The notes under the pieces: model-generated
Database searches by the model: none
The model's input: only the letters and a program-made list of their open reading frames with translations
Told to the model about the DNA's origin: nothing
Translations under genes and position numbers: made by a program
From: Torpedo marmorata
Taxonomy: Eukaryota
Direction of reading: 5' to 3'
NCBI GenBank assembly: GCA_977017645.1
Contig: OZ360219.1
Coordinates: forward strand, 22,692,001 to 22,756,000
DNA length: 64,000 nt
Part shown: piece after piece, positions 24,023 through 36,623 of the stretch
Position numbering within the stretch: the first letter of the stretch is position 1
Layout of the letters: every line of letters starts with the position of its first letter

Positions 24023-26492
24023 GCTCCCCCACCCCCTCCCCCTAAAGCCCCAAGAAAGAAGGAAGAAAGAATAAAAAAGATACAAGATGTAAGAAGAAAG
24101 ACCGAAGATTGTCAAGAGAGTCCTTTTCCAGAAATCATATTTATCATGAAATAAAGGAGTTGACCAAGGATTGAGGTTACCAGAGAAATGGTTAAATATT
24201 AATTCCAACACTCTGCAAATATGGGTGCCATGTTTTCCAAAATATATGGTATCTATTCCTTAACCTATATGTAATTTTCTCAAGTGGTATACAATTACGA
24301 ATTTCCGCATTCCATCTCTCCATTCCCAAGTCTGTTTCTGATTTCCAAGTTATAGCAATACATTTCCTAGATACTGCTAAGGCAATTTTTACAAACTTTA
24401 TTTGATACATATTTAATTTTAATTTAGGTGTAATGCCTTTAATATTGCCTAACAGAAATAGCATTGGATCCTACGGGAATTTGATCCCTGTTATTCGTTG
24501 TAATAAATTACTCACATCAAGCCAAGAAAGGTTTTACCTTAGGACACTGCCAAGTAGAATGCAAAAATGTACCAACCTCCTGACCACATCTAAAACACAA
24601 ATCTGGTAATGTATAATTCAATCTATGTACCTTTTGCGGGGTAAGGTATATCTGATGTAAAAAATTATATTGTACCAATCTACCAGTATATCTTACATTA
24701 ATTATATTTGTCATACTGTCCCTACACAACTCCATCCAATTTCGCTCATCTATTTGCCTATTCAAATCAACTTCCCATCTCAATTGCCCAACTGCAATTA
24801 TCACCGTAATACCAAAGAAGGATGGAGATCCATTAAAACCATTGTCGTACAGGCCAATCTCTTTATTAAATGCGGATTACAAAATTGTTGCAAAAATTTA
24901 GCAAATAGACTATCTTACCGAAATTAATCCACATAGATCAGACAGGTTTTGTAAAAAAACGACAGTCAGCAGATAATGTTGCAAGATTGATTAGCTTAAT
25001 CCATTTAGCTCAGAAAAGGGGGAATTTAAGTCTGGCGGTAGCCTTGGATGAAGAAAAGGCGTTTGATAGACTTGAATGGGACTTTTTGTTTAAAATCTTG
25101 GCTAAATTTGGTCTGGGACAGGTCTTTATAAATTGGGTTAAGGCATTATATAAAAACCCCAGAGCGAAAGTTGTGACAAATGGACAAGTTTCTGCACCTT
25201 TTCAATTGACTAGGTCAAGTAGATAAGGCTGCCCTTTATCGCCAGCTTTATTTATTTTAGCGATAGAACTCTTAGCTGAATTAATACGATCAGATCCTGA
25301 TATTAAGGGTATTAAAGTTAATCGAGAGGAGTATAAAATAAATGTATTTGCAGACGATGTCTTGATATATTTGACTGATCCCTTGAATTCCTTGCGTCAA
25401 TTACATTTAAGGTTGGAGGAATATGGTGAAATATCAGGTTATAAAATTAACTGGGATAAAAGTGAAATTATGCCTTTAGTGAGTGGAAATTATATATACT
25501 GTAAAACAGTTACTCAGTTTAAATGGCCAGATACAGGAATTAAGTACAGGTATTCGAGTGGACAAAGATTTAAATAATTTGTACAAGTTAAATTATTTGC
25601 CATTATTTAAGAAAATTATAGATGATTTGAATAGATGGAGTACGTTACCAATAACTTTAATTGGTAGAGTATACTGTATTAAGAGGAATATTTTTCCTAG
25701 AATACAATATCTTTTTCAATCAATCCCAATTTCTATTCCTCAAAAAAATTTTAAGGATCTAAATATGAATATAAGGACATTTTTCTGGAAAGGTAAAATG
25801 GCGAGGGTTTCTTTGGAAAAATTAACTTGGCAGTTTGATTTGGGAGGCTTGCAACTCCCTAATTTTAAAAATTATTATAGGGCTGCCCAGTTGAGATTTA
25901 TTAATGTATTGTTTGACCTAGAGAAAAAACCCGCTTGGGTGGATATTGAACTCAATAAAATAGGAGAAATGAATTCACAAGACTTTATTTATAAATGGAA
26001 TTCTAAATTGTTGACTGGGGTTAGAGATATTTTGAAACATTTGATTGAGATCTGGAGTAAGATTGATAAAGAAATAGGTTCAAGAGGTTTATTGTCAAGG
26101 AAGACGCCTTTAGTACAGAATAGACTTATTCCATTTTTTATAGATAACCAATCTTTAAGGATTTGGTCATGACAGGGTATTAAAAATATTGAAGATTGTT
26201 TTGAAAGAGGTCAATTTTTGACCTTTGAACAAATGAAGAATCAATTTAATATATCTAATACAGTAATACCTTTTACTGTTATTATCAAGTAAAGGGCTTT
26301 CTGAATGAAAAACTGGGAATGAATTTGACATTACCAAATTGTAGTGAGGCTGAATTGTTGATTCGTAACAGTAATATACGTAAATTTATCTCTGTAATGT
26401 ATGTTTTGTTACAAAAGGGATCTTCTAAAGAAGGGATGCATAAGTTAAGAGAGATGGGAAGTTGATTTGAATAGGCAAATAGATGAGCGAAA
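23897..26492 (-). mobile_element. L1 with 5' inversion (sense part 23897-24781 on minus; inverted part 24791-26492 on plus)
   Basis: One TSD caacaacatt (23887-23896 / 26493-26502) brackets both parts; ~41 nt of ORF2 is duplicated at the breakpoint. Confidence 0.85.
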
Positions 26493-29052
26493 CAACAACA
26501 TTATTATTGACCACAGCTCAGCATTTAACACCAAATCAAACTCGGGGATCTGGGACTTTGTTCATGCCTCTGCAATTGGATCCTCAATTTTCTCATCGGC
26601 AGACTGCAATCAGTGTGGATCGAAAACATCACCTCCTCTTCGCTGACCATCAACACGGGGGCACCTCAAGGCTGTGTGCTTAGTCCCCGGCTCTATTCCC
26701 TGTACACCCATGATTGCATAGCCAAGGTCGGCTCCAATACAATCTATAAATTCACTGACAAAACCACTGTTGTTTGTTGAATAACAGAAAATGATGAGTC
26801 AGAATATCGGATGGAGATCAGGAATCTGGTTGTGTGGTGCCAGAACAACAATCTTGCTCTAAAAGACAACAAGACCAAGGAGCTTATTGTGGGCTTTAGG
26901 AAGCAGAGGCCTTGGGTCCACACACCTGTCTTCATTGAGAGAGAGTAGAGTGAGTTTGTACCAAGTTCCTGGAGTCTACATATTGGAGGATCTCTCCTGA
27001 AGCCAGCACAGAGGCAACTGTGAAGGTAGCACACCAACACATCTATTTTCAAAAAGGTCTGAGGAGATTTGGCATGTCATCAAATACTCTATCAAATTCT
27101 GAAAAGTATACTGACTGGTTAATCAGGGCCTGATTTGGAAACTCAGTACCTAGTAATGTAGAATGCTGCAGTAAGTGATAAATCTCATCATCCAACATGG
27201 GCACCAACCTCCCAACCATTCAAAGTATATATGTGAGGCACTGCCTCAAGCGGGCTACTTTCGTAAAGGACCTCCATCACCCTGGTCATAATCACTTCTC
27301 TCTGCTCCCTTCAGGCAGAATGTACAGAAGCCTGAAATCAAGCATCTCAGGTTCAAGAACAGTTTTTATCCAACAGCTATCAGACTCTTGAACCTCCCCG
27401 TACCTTAACCATAAATTGCCCCAGGAGCACCATAACATCTGGCTGCACTAATGAAAGGTCATTTACTTTTTTTTGCACTAAATGCAAGTGTGAATATTTA
27501 TTTGTCTATCCTTTGATATTTATCATCTCTTTTGCTGTCTTGCATTTGTGGTCATTTAAATTTTGAATGTAGTTTTTTTAAAAAATATTTTATTTAAAAT
27601 TTTTAAATCACAAAATACATAAAATAAAATACAAAATTATCAAATTATTTGTGATACATTTTCGCCCCCCCCTCCCTCCCTCCCCAACCCCCTAATCTAA
27701 TAAAAAAGTAAAATAGAAAAAAGAAAGAAAGAAAAGAATTCTATTATGGAGGTCAAATATGCCAGCAGATCTGATATCCAGAGATCTTCAAATCCTTAAA
27801 CCCACGGCTCTCATATATGGGCTCCAAATTTTCAAGAAAAAATGATATTTATTACGTAAATTATAAGTAATTTTTTCAAGTGGTATACATGAATGAAGTT
27901 CTGCATGCCATCTTTCTAATCCTAAATCTAAATCAGATTTCCAAGTAATAGCAATGCATTTTTTTTGAAACAGCTAAAGCAATTCGCAAAAATTCTACTT
28001 GAAACATATTTAATTTCTTCTTAATACTAAATTTTTTAATATCTCCAAATAAAAATAACATAGGATCCATTGGAAATGTAATCTTAAATACTTTATCTAA
28101 AAATTTTTTAACTTTCAACCAAAAATCTTGAATTTTTGGACAAAACCATGTAGAATGAACAAAAGAACCTTCCTCTCTATTACATCTAAAACATAAGCCT
28201 GATAATGTCGGATTAAATTTCTTTAGTTTTTTAGGTGTTAAATATTTGATGAAAAAAATTATATTGTACTAGTCTATATCTAACATTGATAATCTTCGTC
28301 ATACTTAATTTACATAAATCTTTCCAATGATTTTCATCTATATTTACATTTAAATCTAATTCCCATTTTAATCTTGATTTATGCAATCCTATTTTAGGCA
28401 TTTTCCTCTGAAACAATTTATACATTTGAGAAATGAATTTGTTGACATCTCCCTTAGTAACTAATAATTCTAACTCATTTTGTCTCGGTAAAATCAAAGC
28501 ATAACCTAATTTCTCAGTCAAAAAAGCTTTAACTTGATAATAAGCTAAAAATGTATTATCTGGTATATTAAATTTATCTTTCATTCTTTGAAACGTAATA
28601 AATTTTCCAGCTTCAAAACAATCATTAATCTTCTTAATACCTTTTTGAAACCAAATTTTAAGTAACTGATTATTAACAGTAAATGATATAAGTCCATTTT
28701 GATATAATGGCGTATTTGAAAAAATCAGTCCTTTTCCACCTATTTCTTTATCCGTCTTACCCCATATTTCTAACAAATGTTTAATAATTGGTGAATTTTT
28801 CTTTTTTATTGATATTAATTTAGAATCCCATTTATAAATAATTTCTTCTTTAAGATCTTCTCCTATATTATTTAATTCTATTTTAATCCAAGCAGAAGAT
28901 TTAGTTGAATCAAAAAATTCATTAACAAATTTTAATTGAGCTGCTTTATAATAATTTTGAAAATTAGGAAGTTGCAATCCACCCATCTCATAATTCCAAG
29001 TTAACTTTTCCATACTTACTCTTGCTAACTTTCCATAAAAATTTCCTAATAA

Positions 29053-32000
29053 AGCACTTCTTCCGAACCTATCACCACTTTAGCGGCGAGAACCGCTTCT
29101 CGAACAATGGAGGGGGGTAACACTGGGAATAGAAGACCAGTGTTCTTTATAGGGGTTTTTCTTCTTATCTTATTACTTCTTTTTTTCATTCTAATAGAGG
29201 AGGACATATGTATGCAAATGAGTAAGAGGGATACGCTGGTGGATCTGATTGACAGGGAAGGATTATTATTATTTTATTATGGGGGATTCTAAGAGTATAA
29301 ACTTAGTTAGTATTAATATAAATGGGCTTAACAATCCAATTAAAAGGAAAAGAACTTTGACATATATAAAGAAATTGAAGGTAGATATAGCCTTTTTACA
29401 AGAAACTCACTTGACGGATGTTGAACATCAGAAATTGAAAAGAGATTGGGTAGGACATGTTGTAGCTTCATCATTTAATTCTAGAGCAAGGGGAGTTGCT
29501 ATTTTAGTTAATAAAAAGTTGCCCTTCAGGATACAATCGACAGTCATAGATACGGCAGGTAGATATGCTTTGATTTATTGCCAAATTTATTCAGAATTTT
29601 GGACTCTTATGAATTTGTATGTGTCAAATCCAGATGATGAACAGTTTATTCAAGATGCTTTTTTACATTTATCAGATGCCAAAGATAACATTTTAGTTGG
29701 TGGTGATTTCAATTGTTGTTTAAATGCAATAATGGATAAAACTTCCAAAACAGTTGTTAGACCAAAAATAGTGAAGAAGATAGTTAATTTGATGGAGGAT
29801 TTAAATTTGGTAGATATTTGGAGAAAATTAAAGCCTAGGGAGAAGGATTATTCATTCTACTCATTTAGACATAATTCTTTTTCAAGGATAGATTTATTTT
29901 TATTGTCTTCACAACTTCAGGAAAGAATAACACAGATATCTTATAAAGCAAGAATAATTTCGGATCATTCACCTTTATTAATGACGTGTATAATTCCAGA
30001 GAAAGAAAAGACTATTTATAACTGGAGATTTGATTCTTTATTATTGAAAAGGAAGGATTTTTGTGAATATATGAGACGAGAAATTCAGGAATTTTTAAGA
30101 GTAAATAATAATTCGGTAGATGATAAATTTATGGTATGGGAAGCTTTGAAAGCTTATTTAAGAGGTTTAACAATAAGTTTTTCAGCAAAGATAAAAAAAG
30201 ATTATTTGAGAGAAGAAGAAAAATTAGAGAAGGAGATTGAAATTATGGAAAAAGATTCACAGAGAAACCGGTCTATTCTTAAGAGGAACCGTTTAGTAAG
30301 GAAGAAATTACATTATAATTTATTGCAAACGCGTAAGACTGAAAAATTAATAGTAAGAACAAAACAAAGATATTATGAATTAGGGGAAAAGGCACACAAG
30401 GTGTTATCATGGCAATTGAAAAAAGAGCAAGTTTCAAAAACAATTAATGCTATAAGGAAGAGAAATACAGGGGTAATAACATATAAGCCACAAGAAATAA
30501 ATGAATCTTTTAAAGAATATTATCAGAATTTATATAGATCTGAGACAGATCAAGATGAAACGAAGATAAATAGATTTTTATCTAAAATTACTTTACCTAA
30601 ATTGACTGTTCAAAGTAAATATTCTTTGGATTTACCTTTTACGATGAGAGAAGTTACTGAAGCAATATCGACGTTGAGAAGTGGTAAATCTCCAGGTGAT
30701 GATGGATTTCCAGTAGAATTTTATAAAGAATTTAAAGATTTATTGATACCTTTGTATATGGAGGTATTGAATCAAGTTATGGAAACTCATTTGTTACCGA
30801 AGACATTTTTAAATGCTATTATTACGGTTATACCAAAGAAGGATAGAGATGTATTAAAAACAGAGTCTTATAGGCCTATTTCACTGTTAAATGTAGATTA
30901 TAAGATAATGGCGAAAATTTTAGCAAATAGATTAGCTAAATGTCTACCACATTTAATACATTCGGATCAAGCCGGATTTATTAAAAATAGATATTCGAAA
31001 GATAATATAGCTAGATTGTTAAGCTTAATTAATGTATATAAGAAGAAACAAGATCTGCCACTGGTGGTAACATTGGATGCAGAAAAGGCATTTGATAGAG
31101 TAGAGTGGAATTTTTTATTTAAGGTTTTGGAAAAATTTGGATTTGGAGATAACTTTATAAATTGGATTAAAACTATATATAAGGAACCTACGGCTAAAGT
31201 AGTTACAAATGGACAGATATCGCAAAAGTTTTTGTTATCAAGATCAACACGACAGGGATGTCCTTTATCCCCTGCTTTGTTTGTGTTGGTAATAGAACCT
31301 TTAGCAGAAATGATTAGAGAAGATATAAATATAATGGGAATAAAGGTGGGTAGGGAAGAGCATAAGATTAGTTTGTTTGCAGATGATGTATTAATATATA
31401 TGACAAAATCTGTTACGTCACTTCAACAATTGGCTATTATATTGACAGAATATGGTGAGATATCAGGATACAAGATTAATTCAGATAAAAGTGAGATTTT
31501 GGCTTTATCGCAAGGGGATTATACTAGATGTAAAGAAGTTACAGACTTTAAGTGGACTACAGAGAGTATTAAATATTTGGGAGTTAAAGTAGATACAAAT
31601 TTGGAAAATTTGTATAAATTAAATTATACACCTTTATTTACTAAAATAAAAAAAGATTTAGAGCTTTGGAAAGACTTACCGATAACGTTGATGGGAAGAG
31701 TAAATTGTATTAAAATGAATGTTTTTCCAAGAATTCAATATCTTTTTCAATCGATTCCTTATGGTATTCCAAATAAATTTTTTAAAGATTTAAAATTTAT
31801 TGTTAGGAAATTTCTATGGAAAGGAAAGTTGGCAAGAGTAAGTATAGATAAATTAACATGGAATTATGAAATGGGAGGATTACAACTTCCTAATTTTCAA
31901 CATTATTATAAAGTAGCTCAGTTAAAATTTATTAATGAATTTTTTGATTTGGATAAAACTTCTGCTTGGATTAATATAGAATTGAATAATATGGGAGAAA

Positions 32001-33270
32001 TACATAAAGAAGATATTATTTATAAATGGAACCCTAAATTATTATTACTTAAAAAGAAAAAAACACCAATTATTAAACATTTGTTGGAAATTTGGTCGCA
32101 AGTAGATAAGGAGATAGGTCAAAAAGGATTAATTTCTTTAAATACACCAATATATCAGAATCCACTTTTACCATTTTCTATGGATAATCAATTACTTAAA
32201 TTATGGTTTTTAAAGGGAGTTAAGACATTAAAAGATTGTTTTGAAGCAGGTAAATTTGTTACCTTTCAGAGGTTAAAGGAAAAATTTAATATATTAGATA
32301 ATACAATGTTAGTTTATTTTCAAGTTAGAGCTTTTTTGATTGAAAGATTAGGGAATGAATTAACAGTATTAAGACAAAGTGAATTGGAGTTATTAATTAC
32401 TAAAGTTAATGTTAATAAATTTATATCACAGATGTACAAGTTGTTTCAAAGAAAAATGTCTAAGGTAGGAGAGCATAAGTCTAGATTGAAATGGGAGTCT
32501 GATTTGAATGTTAATATAGATGAAAAACATTGGAAAGATTTATGTAAACTAAGTATGACAAAAGTTATTAATGTGAGATATAGATTAGTACAATATAATT
32601 TTTTTCATCAATTGTATTTGACACCTAGAAAATTGAAGAAATTTAACCCAGCGTTATCAGATACGTGTTTCAGATGTAAAACTGAAATAGGATCTTTTGT
32701 ACATTGTACATGGTCATGTTCAAAGATTCAAGAATTTTGGTTGAAAGTTAAGAATTTTTTAGAAAGAATTTTTAATGTTGAAATTGCAATGGATCCTATG
32801 TTATTTTTATTTGGAGACATTAAAAAATTTAGTATTAGACATAAATTGAATATGTATCAAGTAGAATTTTTACGTATAATATTAGCAATTTCAAAAAAAT
32901 GTATAGCTATTACTTGGAAATCGGATGTTGATTTAAATTTAGAACGATGGCATGCAGAGTTACGGTCATGTATACCATTGGAAAAAATTACCTATAATTT
33001 ATGAAATAAATATCATTCTTTTTTAAAAATTTGGGGCCCATATACGAGGATTATGGGTTTAACATTGTGAATTCTCTGGATATTAGACCTACCGGCGAAA
33101 CAACCTCTAAGATATATTAGTGTTTTCTTTTTTAAGCTTATTGACTCCTCGTTCTATCTTTATATCTCTACTTTTTCTTTTATCTTTACTATTATTATTT
33201 TATATTTTTTAAATTAGATTGGGGGGTATAAAAAAAAAAAAATAAAAAGAAAAAAAAAAAAAAAAAATAA
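29053..33270 (+). mobile_element. Young L1 (element B), truncated in the inter-ORF spacer and inserted antiparallel into element A
   Basis: 16-bp TSD aaaaatttcctaataa 29037-29052 / 33271-33286; ~40-nt A tail. Confidence 0.93.
29279..33004 (+). CDS. L1 ORF2p (APE endonuclease, RT, CCHC); 1241 aa from the ATG, last 22 aa lost to a TGA
   Basis: NINGL, FLQETH, GGDFN, SRIDLF, SDHSP, QGCPLSP, FADD, CFRC...HCTWSC. Reading continues past the stop (NKYHSFLKIWGPY) to a TGA at 33070, as in sister copies. Confidence 0.93.
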   Translation: MGDSKSINLVSININGLNNPIKRKRTLTYIKKLKVDIAFLQETHLTDVEHQKLKRDWVGHVVASSFNSRARGVAILVNKKLPFRIQSTVIDTAGRYALIYCQIYSEFWTLMNLYVSNPDDEQFIQDAFLHLSDAKDNILVGGDFNCCLNAIMDKTSKTVVRPKIVKKIVNLMEDLNLVDIWRKLKPREKDYSFYSFRHNSFSRIDLFLLSSQLQERITQISYKARIISDHSPLLMTCIIPEKEKTIYNWRFDSLLLKRKDFCEYMRREIQEFLRVNNNSVDDKFMVWEALKAYLRGLTISFSAKIKKDYLREEEKLEKEIEIMEKDSQRNRSILKRNRLVRKKLHYNLLQTRKTEKLIVRTKQRYYELGEKAHKVLSWQLKKEQVSKTINAIRKRNTGVITYKPQEINESFKEYYQNLYRSETDQDETKINRFLSKITLPKLTVQSKYSLDLPFTMREVTEAISTLRSGKSPGDDGFPVEFYKEFKDLLIPLYMEVLNQVMETHLLPKTFLNAIITVIPKKDRDVLKTESYRPISLLNVDYKIMAKILANRLAKCLPHLIHSDQAGFIKNRYSKDNIARLLSLINVYKKKQDLPLVVTLDAEKAFDRVEWNFLFKVLEKFGFGDNFINWIKTIYKEPTAKVVTNGQISQKFLLSRSTRQGCPLSPALFVLVIEPLAEMIREDINIMGIKVGREEHKISLFADDVLIYMTKSVTSLQQLAIILTEYGEISGYKINSDKSEILALSQGDYTRCKEVTDFKWTTESIKYLGVKVDTNLENLYKLNYTPLFTKIKKDLELWKDLPITLMGRVNCIKMNVFPRIQYLFQSIPYGIPNKFFKDLKFIVRKFLWKGKLARVSIDKLTWNYEMGGLQLPNFQHYYKVAQLKFINEFFDLDKTSAWINIELNNMGEIHKEDIIYKWNPKLLLLKKKKTPIIKHLLEIWSQVDKEIGQKGLISLNTPIYQNPLLPFSMDNQLLKLWFLKGVKTLKDCFEAGKFVTFQRLKEKFNILDNTMLVYFQVRAFLIERLGNELTVLRQSELELLITKVNVNKFISQMYKLFQRKMSKVGEHKSRLKWESDLNVNIDEKHWKDLCKLSMTKVINVRYRLVQYNFFHQLYLTPRKLKKFNPALSDTCFRCKTEIGSFVHCTWSCSKIQEFWLKVKNFLERIFNVEIAMDPMLFLFGDIKKFSIRHKLNMYQVEFLRIILAISKKCIAITWKSDVDLNLERWHAELRSCIPLEKITYNL

Positions 33271-36023
33271 AAAAATTTCCTAATAATAAAATTTAAATCT
33301 TTAAAATTTTTTTGAGGAATTCCAAAAGGAATTGATTGAAAAAGATACTGAATTCTTGGAAAAATATTCATTTTAATACAATTTACTCTTCCCATTAAAG
33401 TTATGGGTAAATCTTTCCAATTCTCTAAATCTTTCTTTATTTTCACAAATAATGGTAGATAATTTAATTTATATAAATTTTCCAATTTTGTATCAACCTT
33501 AACTCCCAAATATTTAATTCCTTCTTTAGCCCATTTAAATTGTGTAATTTCTTTACATCTAGTATAATCACCTTGAGATAAAGCCATTATTTCACTTTTA
33601 TCAGAATTAATTTTATATCCAGATATTTCACCATATTCTCTTAATATGATAGATAGTTGTTGAAGTGATATAATAGATTTTGTCATCTATATCAATACAT
33701 CATCTGCAAACAAACTAATCTTATGTTCTTCCATACCAACTTTAATACCCACTATCTTAGGGTCTTTTCTAACTAATTCAGCCAAAGGTTCTATCGCCAA
33801 AACAAATAAGGCTGGTGACAGAGGACATCCCTGTCTCGTTGAGCGTGTTAAAGAAAATTTTGGCGATATTTGTCCATTTGTAATTACTTTAGCTGATGGT
33901 TCTTTATATATAGTTTTAATCCAATTTATAAATGTATTTCCAAAACCAAATTTTTCTAATACCTTAAATAAAAAATTCCATTCTAATCTATCAAAAGCCT
34001 TTTCAGCGTCTAATGTTACAACTAATGGTAGATCTTGTTTCTTTTTATGCAAACTAATTAAACTAATTAATCTAGCTATATTATCTTTTGAATATCTATT
34101 TTTAATAAAACCAGCTTGATCTAGATGTATCAAATCTGGCAAATATTTAGCCATTCTGTTTGCTAAAATTTTTGCCATTATTTTATAATCTACATTTAAT
34201 AATGAAATAGGTCTATATGATTCAGTTTTTAATACATCCCTATCCTTCTTTGGTATAACTGTAATTATAGCATTTAAAAATGTTTTCGGTAATAAATGAG
34301 TTTCCGTAATTTGATCTAGTACTTCCATATATGGAGGTATTAATAAATCTTTAAATTCTTTATAAAATTCTGATGGAAACCCGTCATCACCCGGAGATTT
34401 ACCACTCTTCAACGAAGCAAAAACTTCACTAACTTCCCTCATTGTAAAAGGTAGATCTAAAGAATCTCTACTCTGAATGTTCAATTTAGGTAATGTGATT
34501 TTGGATAGGAATCTATTAATTTTAGAATCGTCTTGGTCAATCTGCGATTTATATAAATTCTGATAATAATCTTTAAAAGATTCATTTATCTCTTGAGGTT
34601 TATAAGTTATTTCTCCAGTATTTTTCTTCCTTATAGCATTTATAGTTTTAGAAACTTGTTCCTTTTTCAATTGCCATGCCAAAACCTTATGGGCTCTTTC
34701 CCCTAATTCATAATATCTTTGTTTAGTTTTCTCAATTAATTTTTCCATTTTATGTGTTTGTAACAAATTTCTTCCCTATTAAACGATTTCTTTTTTGAAT
34801 TGATCTATTTCTCTGTAAATCCTTTTCCATAAGTTCAATTTCCTTCTCAAGTTTTTCTGATTCCTTAAGATAATCTTTCTTAATTTTAACTGACTAGCTT
34901 ATTATTAGACCCCTTAAATAAGCTTTTAAAGCTTCCCACACAATAAATTTATTATTAATAGAATTAGCATTTATTCGCAAAAATTCCTGAATTTCTCTTC
35001 TTATGTATTCACAAAAATCTTTCCTTTTTAATAAAGACGGATCAAATCTCCAATTATATATAGTTTTTTCTTTTTCCGGAATTATACAAGACAATAATAA
35101 AGGCGAATAATTTTGAATGTAGTTGATGTATCTTATGTACCTGTTTGGCTGTAGAAAGAATTTTGGTATATCAGTCAATTGTTCTCATGTAAATGACAAT
35201 AAACTTACATTGAACATTGGGTATCCCAATATCCCATAAAAAGTCAAATTGCCTTAGTGTAGAGAAAATCCTGCATAAATCAATTGTATGTTGCTAGTTA
35301 CTCATTGGAAGTTTAATTTACCAAGTTAACATACCTCAAAAGCAAACTTTTGAAAAAAAAAGTGGAACTTTATATTGGTTAAGATTGCTATTTGAACTAC
35401 TACTTGCATTTCAATTCTAATTCTTGCTGTTGAAAACAGAGGGAAAGAAAATCACCCACTATTGATATGGTGCTAAACACTTAATGGACAGTAAAATTCC
35501 TAATCTGGTTTGCAAGGCACTTTGGTGATGTCGGACAATCAGATTTTCCAGATTATTGGACATTATTAATGCAAAATAGCTTTAATTCACTTATATAAAG
35601 ATGTTACACAGTAGAACACATTTTCAAGATCAAAGAAAGCATGGGAACTGGTGCCCTGTTGTGTGAGAGTGGCCCGGTGTGTGAAATAATTCCCACCATC
35701 CTCGCTACATCCCATAGTATCTTCGCATGAAACCTTCCCTTTTCCCCAATAGCTAGAGCCCATAATCACACAAAAAACTGACTTAAACAAAATGCAAAAA
35801 AAACCAGAAGCTGTAAATCTGAAAGTAAAACTAAAAATGCTGCAAATTTTCAGGTCTGACAGCATTGGTGGAGAGAGAAAAACAGAATTAACATTTCAAG
35901 TCACTGGTACATGATCACAATTGTGCTGTACGGTTTAGAATGACATACAACATTAAATGCACACATTTCTAATTAGGGAAGTTCATTTGTTCGTTTTCAA
36001 GAGCTTTATTCAGTACACAAGTA

Positions 36024-36623
36024 CAGGTATGTGCCGCTTAACGTCCACGATACGTTCTGTGAAATTGGGTGTTATGCGATGTGGACGCTGTGTGAACACC
36101 ATATTATATACTTAGCAAAGCTATATGGGATACTGTAGTGTACCTGTAAACTTTTTATTTGTAAGTAGAGATCAGTGTGGGGACCAACACGGGGCTGTGG
36201 GGAGAGAGCGGGGCAGTGGGATCAGTGTGGGGACTGACACGGGGCTGTGGGCAGAGAGTGGGGCAGTGGGGTCAGTGTGGGGAGAGAGCAGGGCAGTGGG
36301 CAGAGCGCGGGGCAGTGGGATCAGTGTGGGGACCGACACAGGGCTGTGGGGAGAGAGCGGGGCAGTGGGATCAGTGTGGGGACCGACACGGGGCTGTGGG
36401 GAGAGAGCGGGGCAGTGGGATCAGTGTGGGGTCCAATACAGGGCTGTGGGGAGAGAGCGGGGCAGTCGGATCAGTTTGGGTATACAGTATACGATTTCCT
36501 ATAGCTAGTGATCGCTTTTTCTAAATTGCTGCGGACTTGCTCACGGTAACTGAATAATTATGGGACCACGGACGTATATGCGTTTGGACGTTGACCGAAC
36601 GGACATTAAGCGGCGCACACCTG
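36024..36623. mobile_element. Tigger-like non-autonomous DNA element (MITE)
   Basis: 23-bp TIRs caggtatgtgccgcttaacgtcc / caggtgtgcgccgcttaatgtcc; TA on the left, CA (mutated TA) on the right. Confidence 0.75.
36170..36482 (+). repeat. G-rich minisatellite, ~50-bp unit
   Basis: gatcagtgtggggaccgacacggggctgtggggagagagcggggcagtgg, about 6 copies. Confidence 0.9.

Larger units (their letters stand above)
27575..35108 (-). mobile_element. 5'-truncated L1 (element A) split by a younger L1
   Basis: ORF2 pieces 34894-35108, 33687-34766, 33287-33686 and 27800-29036; 16-bp TSD aattttgaatgtagtt 27559-27574 / 35109-35124. Confidence 0.92.
26503..35219 (+). mobile_element. Degenerate Rex1/Babar LINE (26503-27574, tail 35125-35219), host of the L1 pair
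   Basis: [34 protein letters not shown]; the 3' UTR resumes after the L1 TSD and ends gacaataaac...acattgaacattg. Confidence 0.75.

Noticed and set aside
36125-36524. Three overlapping repetitive ORFs
   Set aside because: Translations of the 50-bp minisatellite.
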